A stretch of DNA of 64,000 bases, taken from NCBI GenBank assembly GCA_963665325.3, contig CAXXWS020000002.1, forward strand, positions 608,001-672,000. Reading direction: 5' to 3'. Positions 57,293 through 64,000 of the stretch are shown here, one piece after another; within the stretch, counting starts at the first letter, position 1; each line of letters opens with the position of its first letter. The notes below the pieces were generated by a model. It did not search any database. It was not told the DNA's origin and was given only the letters and a program-made list of their open reading frames with translations. The DNA is from Alphaproteobacteria bacterium (GTDB lineage: Bacteria > Pseudomonadota > Alphaproteobacteria > Bin95). Both the position numbers and the translations under genes were made by a program.

Positions 57293-58917
57293 TCCTCCCC
57301 AGCCGGCAGGCGCAGTTCGAACCGGGCGCCCTGAACGGCGCCGCTGTCGCCGGGCCGATTAGACGCACCGATGCTTCCGCCGTGGAGCCTGACGATATCG
57401 CGCGCAATCGAGAGGCCGAGGCCCGAATGCCTTTCGGAAGGGCTGCCAGCTTCGGGACGGTCGGAATAGAAGCGCTCGAAGATGGTCTCCTCCTTGCCGG
57501 CCTGGAGGCCCGGGCCGTCATCGTCCACCCGAAGAACCACCTCCTCCCCTTGCCGCGTGAGCGAAAGCCTCACGCCCCCCGCTGCGGGAGAGAACGACCT
57601 GGCATTGTCGATCAGGTTGCGGACGATCCGCACGAGCTGTTCGTCGAGGCCGCGGACGATGAGTGGCTCCCTCGATTCGACTGCCAATACCGGCCGAGGC
57701 GGCGCTTCGGCTTCGACACAGGCTTCGACCGTCTCCCGCATATCGACCGGGCGGGTTTCCGCGCGCGAAAATTGGGCGCCGAGACTGGAAAAATCCGCCA
57801 CGCTGTCGATCAACCGGTTGAGGCGCCTGACATCGTCCAGGACGATTCGCATCAGCTTGCGCCGCTTCGCCGGGTCGTTCTCGCGCATTGCGGTCTCGGC
57901 CGCGCTGTAGGTAGAGGCCAGCGGCGTTCTGAGCTCGTGGCTCACGTCGGCGGCGAATTTCTCGGTCTCTTCCATCCCTTCCCAGAGTGCATGCGTCATC
58001 CGGCGCAGTGCGGCGGAGAGTTCGCCGATCTCGTCATTGCGCCCGCTTAGCTCCTGGATGTCCACCCGGCCGAAACCGGGACGGATGCGCTCGGCGGTCG
58101 CCGCAAGGTCCCTCAGCGGCGTAGCTATGCCGCGCGCCATGTAGATCGTGAGCAGGACGGTCACGACCAGCGCCACACCGGCGGCCGAGAGGACGTTCAG
58201 GCGGATCTCGCTCACGGCCTCGTCGATGGCGCGGCCGTCTGCGGAAACCATCGCCGCGCCCACCACGCGCTTGAAGTCCCGGATCGGCAAGGCGACGCTC
58301 AGCACCAGCCCCCTCGCGCCGAGCGAGCGGACGACCTGGCCCGTTTCGCCGCGCAATGCTCCTTGGACCTCGCGATAGTCCGACGCCTTCTGTTCCGAGC
58401 GCTCCACATAGGGCTCGATGGTCTCCAGCTCCCGGAAGGCGAGGTCGAACAGCCCCAGCAACCAGCGCAGGGGCGCGCCGAAAATGTTCGAGTCGCCGGC
58501 CGGGGGCAGGGGCTCGCTTTCCACCGCGTCGCCGAAGCCGGAAAACCGCCGGCTGTCCAGCTGGAGCGTCCCGTCGGGGCCGAACAACCGCACCCGCATC
58601 CGCACCCGCAGGCTCGACTCTTCGATGAGCCGCCGCAGCAGGGGTTCGGCCCCCTTCGTATCCAGGGCAGGTTCGCCTTCGGCCAGAAGTTCCGTCGACG
58701 CATGCCCCAGAGCGACTGCGATGGTCCGGCCCTTGGCCTCGGCCAGGCGGAGTTCGGTCTCGATCAGTTCGCGCTTGTAGCCGCCGAGATAGAGCAGGCT
58801 CGCCGCCAGGATGATGAGCGCAAGCAGGTTCACCGCCAGGAGACGGCGCATCAGCGGAGAGCGGTACCATCGCCTCGCCTTGCGTCGGACCGCCACGCCT
58901 CCGCCGTGCCGGGCCAT
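57289..58917 (-). CDS. chvG: Sensor histidine kinase ChvG/ExoS-like
   Basis: LLAVNL, FAADVSHELRTPL, NLIDNA, FERFYSDRP, SGLGL; conserved synteny. Confidence 0.88.
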   Translation of the reverse strand: MARHGGGVAVRRKARRWYRSPLMRRLLAVNLLALIILAASLLYLGGYKRELIETELRLAEAKGRTIAVALGHASTELLAEGEPALDTKGAEPLLRRLIEESSLRVRMRVRLFGPDGTLQLDSRRFSGFGDAVESEPLPPAGDSNIFGAPLRWLLGLFDLAFRELETIEPYVERSEQKASDYREVQGALRGETGQVVRSLGARGLVLSVALPIRDFKRVVGAAMVSADGRAIDEAVSEIRLNVLSAAGVALVVTVLLTIYMARGIATPLRDLAATAERIRPGFGRVDIQELSGRNDEIGELSAALRRMTHALWEGMEETEKFAADVSHELRTPLASTYSAAETAMRENDPAKRRKLMRIVLDDVRRLNRLIDSVADFSSLGAQFSRAETRPVDMRETVEACVEAEAPPRPVLAVESREPLIVRGLDEQLVRIVRNLIDNARSFSPAAGGVRLSLTRQGEEVVLRVDDDGPGLQAGKEETIFERFYSDRPEAGSPSERHSGLGLSIARDIVRLHGGSIGASNRPGDSGAVQGARFELRLPAGED

Positions 58918-58924
58918 CCTGCGG

Positions 58925-59614
58925 CTATGACGGGCGGTAGCAGTATCCGCCGCCGTAGAGCGTCTCGATCGAGGAGAAAGTCGCGTCCACAGCGCGGAAT
59001 TTGCGGCGTATCCGCTTGATATGGCTGTCGATGACCCGGTCGTTGGCCATGGCATCGAGGCCGTAGGCCGCCGTCATCAGCTGGTCCCGGGTCTTCACGT
59101 AGCCGGCCCGGTAGGCGAGCGAATTCAGGATCAGGAGTTCGGTGACCGTGAGCTTCACCGTCTCGCCCTTCCAAGTGCACAGGTGGCGGTCCGGATCGAC
59201 GGTAAGGTCGCCCCTCACCAGCACATTCCGGGCGCCGCCCTCCCGGTCCAGTTCGTTGCGGCGCAGCAGGGCGCGAATACGGGCGATCAGCAGCCGCTGC
59301 GAAAACGGCTTCTTTATGTAGTCGTCCGCCCCCATGTTCAGCCCGAGTTCCTCATCCTGCTCCTCGACCTTCGTGGTGAGGAAAATGACGGGAAGCAAGC
59401 TCTTCGCCCTGAGGCGCTGCAGCAGTTCCATCCCGTCCATGCGTGGCATCTTGATGTCCAGGACGGCCAGATCGACGCTGTTGTTCCGCAACGCCGGCCA
59501 TGCTTGTTCGCCGTCCAAATAGGCGTGAACATCGAAGCCTTCCGCCTCAAGCGCCATCGTCACGGATGTGAGGATATTGCGGTCGTCATCGACGAGGGCG
59601 ATCTTGTGTTTCAT
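58925..59614 (-). CDS. chvI: Response regulator ChvI
   Basis: [38 protein letters not shown]. Confidence 0.93.
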   Translation of the reverse strand: MKHKIALVDDDRNILTSVTMALEAEGFDVHAYLDGEQAWPALRNNSVDLAVLDIKMPRMDGMELLQRLRAKSLLPVIFLTTKVEEQDEELGLNMGADDYIKKPFSQRLLIARIRALLRRNELDREGGARNVLVRGDLTVDPDRHLCTWKGETVKLTVTELLILNSLAYRAGYVKTRDQLMTAAYGLDAMANDRVIDSHIKRIRRKFRAVDATFSSIETLYGGGYCYRPS

Positions 59615-59818
59615 GGAGTTCCGACCCTCCCGCGAACATATTGCATCCGGAGCGTACGATCTCCAGATTCAATATGGCGGAATTCCGGCGAATAGCACAT
59701 GAATTCCGCGCAAGATTGTCTTCGGCGCGTCATGACGGCGCATTGCACGGAGTATGCCGCTTGCATAGAAGGCGCAGCAGCCGTTCCGACGCCCCGAACC
59801 CGCGACTCGAGGCCTTTA

Positions 59819-61390
59819 TTGTCCTCTGACAAACGCCTGGCCGCAATCGGCATCACCGAACCCGGGGTCCTCCACTGGAATCCCGGCCGCGAGTCCCTGG
59901 TCGAGTCGGCGGTGCGCGCGGGCGAGGGCATGCTGGCGGCCGGCGGCGCGCTGGTCTGCCGGACGGGCAGGTTCACCGGACGGTCTCCCGAGGACAAGTT
60001 CTTCGTTCGCGATACGGTGACGGACAAGGGAATCGAGTGGGGCAAGGTCAACCGGGAGATGGCCCCGGAGAGCTTTGAAACCCTCCGCCGTCGTATTGTC
60101 GCCCATCTGCAGGGACGCGAACTCTATGTGCAGGACTGTGATGCGGGCGCCGACCCGTCGCACAGGCTTGCGGTGCGCGTGGTGACGGAGCAGGCTTGGC
60201 ACAGCCTCTTCGCCCGCAACATCTTCCTTCCGCCGGCCGTCGGGCCCGGTTGCGATCCTGAATGGACCATCCTTCATGCGCCGAGCTTCTCGGCCGACCC
60301 CGAGATCGACGGCTGCCGGTCTTCGACCGTCATCGCCATCGGCTTCTCGCAGAAGCTGGTCCTGATTGCCGGGACTTACTATGCGGGCGAAATCAAGAAA
60401 TCGGTCTTCTCGCTGCTGAACTACCTGCTGCCCGCGAAGGGCATCATGCCGATGCACTGCTCGGCGAATATCGGGCCGGAAGGCTCGGCTGTGTTTTTCG
60501 GCCTGTCCGGCACCGGCAAGACAACGCTTTCGGCGGACCCGAACCGCGAGCTGATTGGCGATGACGAGCATGGCTGGTCGGACACCGGCATCTTCAATTT
60601 CGAGGGCGGCTGCTACGCGAAGGTGATCGACCTCGACAGCGACGCCGAGCCGGAGATCCATGCGGCCAGTCACCGCTTCGGCACCGTGCTGGAGAATGTG
60701 GCCATCGACCCGGACAGCCGGGTTCTCGACCTCGCCAATCGCGATGTGACGGAGAACACCCGGTCTTGCTATCCGCTGGAATTCATCCCGAATGCCAGCC
60801 CGACGGGACTCGGGCCGCCGCCCAGGAACATCGTCATGCTGACGGCGGACGCTTTCGGCGTGTTGCCGCCGATCTCGAAGCTGACGGTGGCGAAGGCGAT
60901 GTATCATTTCCTGTCGGGCTACACCGCAAAGGTCGCCGGCACGGAGCGCGGCCTCGGCAAGGATCCGGAGGCCACCTTTTCGACCTGCTTCGGTGCGCCG
61001 TTCATGGCCCGGCGACCGACCGTCTATGCTGAATTGCTGGGCAAGCGGATCGCCGAGCGAAATGTCGGCTGCTGGCTGGTCAATACCGGCTGGAACGGAC
61101 GGGGCGAGCGGATGTCGATCGCGCATACCCGCGCCATGATCGACGCCGCCCTCAACGGCTCGCTGGACGGGGTGGAGACCGCCCGGCATCCGGTATTCGG
61201 CCTGCATTGGCCGACCGCCTGCCCGGGCGTGCCGCCCGAGGCCCTCGATCCGCGCACGAGCTGGCCGGATAAGGACGCATACGATGCGCGGGCTGCTGCC
61301 CTGGCGCAGGATTTCGAAGACAACTTCGCGCGCTTCCAGCCGTATGTTTCAGACGAGGTCAGGGCCGCCGCCATCCGAGCGCCTGCCTGA
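59819..61390 (+). CDS. pckA: Phosphoenolpyruvate carboxykinase (ATP)
   Basis: TGRSPEDK, GLSGTGKTTLS, IGDDEHGW, NFEGGCYAK. TTG start inferred. Confidence 0.96.
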   Translation: MSSDKRLAAIGITEPGVLHWNPGRESLVESAVRAGEGMLAAGGALVCRTGRFTGRSPEDKFFVRDTVTDKGIEWGKVNREMAPESFETLRRRIVAHLQGRELYVQDCDAGADPSHRLAVRVVTEQAWHSLFARNIFLPPAVGPGCDPEWTILHAPSFSADPEIDGCRSSTVIAIGFSQKLVLIAGTYYAGEIKKSVFSLLNYLLPAKGIMPMHCSANIGPEGSAVFFGLSGTGKTTLSADPNRELIGDDEHGWSDTGIFNFEGGCYAKVIDLDSDAEPEIHAASHRFGTVLENVAIDPDSRVLDLANRDVTENTRSCYPLEFIPNASPTGLGPPPRNIVMLTADAFGVLPPISKLTVAKAMYHFLSGYTAKVAGTERGLGKDPEATFSTCFGAPFMARRPTVYAELLGKRIAERNVGCWLVNTGWNGRGERMSIAHTRAMIDAALNGSLDGVETARHPVFGLHWPTACPGVPPEALDPRTSWPDKDAYDARAAALAQDFEDNFARFQPYVSDEVRAAAIRAPA

Positions 61391-61435
61391 TTCCGGCAAG
61401 ACAGGCGCTGGACGATGCGCTAGCGTGACCACGAT

Positions 61436-62800
61436 ATGACGAAACAACTCACCCTGGTCGTGAAGCGCGACTGCCCGACCTGCACCCTGCTGGAGCCGGT
61501 CTATGCCGCGCTCGCGGCCTCCGGCATCGCGCTCGATGTCTGGACGCAGGACGATCCCGCCTTCCCGGAGAGCCTGTCCGGACAGCTGGACGAGGGGCTC
61601 GAGCGGTCCTTCCGGCTCGGCGTCGAGATCGTGCCGACCCTGATCCGGCGCGAGGACGGCGAGGAAGTCGAGCGAACCTGGGGCTGGGACCGCGCCGAGT
61701 GGGAACGGCTGACCGGCCTCGAAGGGCTCGGGACGGACCTGCCGCCCTTCCGGCCGGGCTGCGGCGCGAAGAATGTCGAGCCGGGTATGCCGGAGGCGCT
61801 GGCGGCGCGCTTCGGCTCGGCGCGGCTCAGGTCCCGCCGGGTGCCGCTGGCGCCGCTGGAGGACGAGATCGAGGCGGCTTACGACCGCGGCTGGTCGGAC
61901 GGGCTGCCGGTGGTGCCGCCGACGGAAGCGCGGGTGCTTGCGATGCTCGACGGCACCGCGCGCGACCCGGGCGAGGTGGTGGGCATGGTGCCGCCGAACC
62001 TCCAGCCCTGCACGGTGGAGAAGGTAGCGGTCAACGCCGTGATGGCCGGCTGCAAACCGGAATACCTGCCTCTGGTGCTGGCGGCGGTTGAGGCGGCGCT
62101 GGACGACAGCTTCTGCATGCACGGCGTGCTTGCGACGACCTATTACATCGGCCCCATCGTCATCGTGAACGGCCCGGTGCGCCGCGCTATCGGCATGAAC
62201 GCGAAGGGCAATGTGCTCGGGCAGGGCAACCGCGCCAACGCCACCGTCGGCCGCGCGCTGCAGCTGGTCGTGCGCAATGTCGGCGGCGGCAAGCCGCAGG
62301 GCGTGGATAGGGCGGCGCTCGGCAATCCCGGCAAATACACCTTCTGTTTCCCCGAGGACGAGGAGGGTTCCGCCTGGCCGCCGCTCTCCGAGAGCCGGGG
62401 CGCGGGAGCCGGGCGTTCGGCGGTCACGCTGTTTGCGGGCTACGGCGTGATGGGCGTGGTGGACCAGGATTCGCGCACGCCTGAGGCGCTGGTCGAGACC
62501 TTCGCCGATGTCTTCTGCGGCCTTGAGAACCGGAACCGGCGCAATATCGACGCCGTGGTTATCGTCTCGCCGGAGCATGACCGCGTGTTCCGGGACGGCG
62601 GCTGGTCGCGCGAGGACCTGGAGGCGGCGCTCCGCAAGTCGCTCGACGAACCGGAACACAGCACGCCCAAGCTGCGCGAGGGCGGCCTGCTGATCGTCCG
62701 CGCCGGCGGCGGCGCGGGCATGTTCTCCGCTATTCTTCCCGGCTGGGCCGCCACCGGCCCGGTCGGCAGCATTCCCGTAACGAAGGAGGTTGGAACATGA
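61436..62800 (+). CDS. Thioredoxin-like (CPTC) domain fused to a UGSC-associated domain
   Basis: KRDCPTC; GWSDGLPVVPPT, AVMAGCKPEY, GNRANATVGRAL. Confidence 0.8.
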   Translation: MTKQLTLVVKRDCPTCTLLEPVYAALAASGIALDVWTQDDPAFPESLSGQLDEGLERSFRLGVEIVPTLIRREDGEEVERTWGWDRAEWERLTGLEGLGTDLPPFRPGCGAKNVEPGMPEALAARFGSARLRSRRVPLAPLEDEIEAAYDRGWSDGLPVVPPTEARVLAMLDGTARDPGEVVGMVPPNLQPCTVEKVAVNAVMAGCKPEYLPLVLAAVEAALDDSFCMHGVLATTYYIGPIVIVNGPVRRAIGMNAKGNVLGQGNRANATVGRALQLVVRNVGGGKPQGVDRAALGNPGKYTFCFPEDEEGSAWPPLSESRGAGAGRSAVTLFAGYGVMGVVDQDSRTPEALVETFADVFCGLENRNRRNIDAVVIVSPEHDRVFRDGGWSREDLEAALRKSLDEPEHSTPKLREGGLLIVRAGGGAGMFSAILPGWAATGPVGSIPVTKEVGT

Positions 62801-63318
62801 GGAACACACCGGTGCTGGTCGATCCGACCGGCGAAGTCGAGCCGGCGCGGCGCGAGCCGCTGGCCCGGCCGGCCTCGCTGGACGGCAAGACCGTGGCCCT
62901 GCTCGACATTTCCAAGGCGCGCGGCGATGTTTTTCTCGACCGCCTGCATATGCGTCTCGACGAGCAGGGCATCGAAGTGAAGCGCTACATGAAGCCGACC
63001 TTCGCCCGCACGGCGCCGATCGCCGTCAAGCAGCAGATCGCTTCCGAGGCTGCCCTTGTCGTCGAAGGGCTGGCCGATTGAGGCTCCTGCACATCGTGCT
63101 GTACGCATGATATTGCAGATTTGGAAGCGCGCGGCGTCGTCGGAGTGGGCGTGGCGACCACGGAGTTCGTGGAGGCGTGGCAGGCGCAGTCCGCCGCCCT
63201 CGGCTACGAGCCGCCCATGATCTTCGTGCCGCACCCGATCCAGGACCGCACCGACGCTGAAATCCAGGCGCTGGCGGACGCCGCCGTCGAGGAGATCGTA
63301 GGCCGCCTCACCGCTTGA
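62797..63318 (+). CDS. UGSC family selenoprotein (Sec at TGA 63079-63081)
   Basis: In-frame ...GLAD-TGA-GSCTSCCTHDIADLEARG... joins two ORF-track ORFs into one 173-aa protein. Confidence 0.85.
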
Positions 63319-64000
63319 GCCCGGCGACCATCCGCTCCGCGAGGGCGCGGGCTTCGGTTCGGTTCGTCGGGATCGTGCCGGTGGGGCCGCGGGCGGCCCA
63401 GCCTACGGCGTGGAGGCCGGGTTCGATTTCCGGGCCTGTGGGCCGGACGCCGTCAACGGGGGCCTTTTCGTAGCCGATGCAGGTGACGGCGAGGTCGGCC
63501 GGCAGGATGCCCCGGTTGGTCTCCACCGCTTCCAGACGGCCCGCGCCGAGGAAGGCGGTCGCCTGCGTGCGGAAGTGGAAGCGGATCGGGATGCCGCGGC
63601 CCTGCGGGCGGGCTGCAAACTCCTTCAGGATGTCGGCAGCCTCGCTGCTCGCTTCCCCGAAGGCGTCCAGTTGGGGCCATGCCGCCGCGAGTTCTCCGAT
63701 TTCGACAAGTTCGGACGGCGTGAAGCGCACGTTTTCGGGGCCGCCTCGTATCAGCAGGTCGATGCGCTCCAGCGCCAGCGGGTTCAGGCAATCGATCTCG
63801 CCGTACTTGGCAAGCAGGCGCACCGCATCGAGCGCCACATTGCCGGCGCCGATGACAACCGCGCGCCTCACGCCCGCGAGGCGGGGCGGCGGGGCGGCTT
63901 CGGGGTGGCCGTTGATCCAGCGGATGAAGCGGCCCGAAGGTTCGGCCAGCTCTTCGCCGGGGACGCCCAGCCTGCGGTCCACCGGCGCGCCGGTCGCCAG
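63308..64000 (-). CDS. Ferredoxin-NADP+ reductase (FprA/adrenodoxin reductase-like), 5' end outside window
   Basis: WINGHP, VIGAGNVALD, CIGY, VGWAARGPTGTIPTN. Confidence 0.88.
   Translation of the reverse strand: MATGAPVDRRLGVPGEELAEPSGRFIRWINGHPEAAPPPRLAGVRRAVVIGAGNVALDAVRLLAKYGEIDCLNPLALERIDLLIRGGPENVRFTPSELVEIGELAAAWPQLDAFGEASSEAADILKEFAARPQGRGIPIRFHFRTQATAFLGAGRLEAVETNRGILPADLAVTCIGYEKAPVDGVRPTGPEIEPGLHAVGWAARGPTGTIPTNRTEARALAERMVAGLKR

Overview
GC-rich alphaproteobacterial chromosome segment. The lineage is inferred from the chvI-chvG-hprK-rapZ-manX-HPr-ahcY/pckA and Tim44-FxsA-secB clusters. Bases 1 to ~17,630 are the right arm of an integrated plasmid/ICE-like element whose end truncates a CaiB-family CoA-transferase gene. 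The element carries a RepC replicon in non-canonical order (repC, orf, parA, four ParB-related genes), a three-HTH/four-Zn-knuckle protein, a secreted thermonuclease, a large serine recombinase, HU/IHF, a 1036-aa tandem SLOG (DUF2493-like) protein, a Toprim primase with an extra C-terminal domain, and a large ParB-domain protein. Its most striking property is repeated module duplication with free-standing partial copies: RepC C-terminal domain x4, ParB core x4, SLOG-associated helical domain x3. The remainder holds housekeeping and catabolic genes, an orphan terminase-small-subunit-like gene, a glycosylation locus disrupted by IS remnants and a low-GC insert, and a UGSC-family selenoprotein. 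All family calls come from motif recognition by eye; no searches were run.
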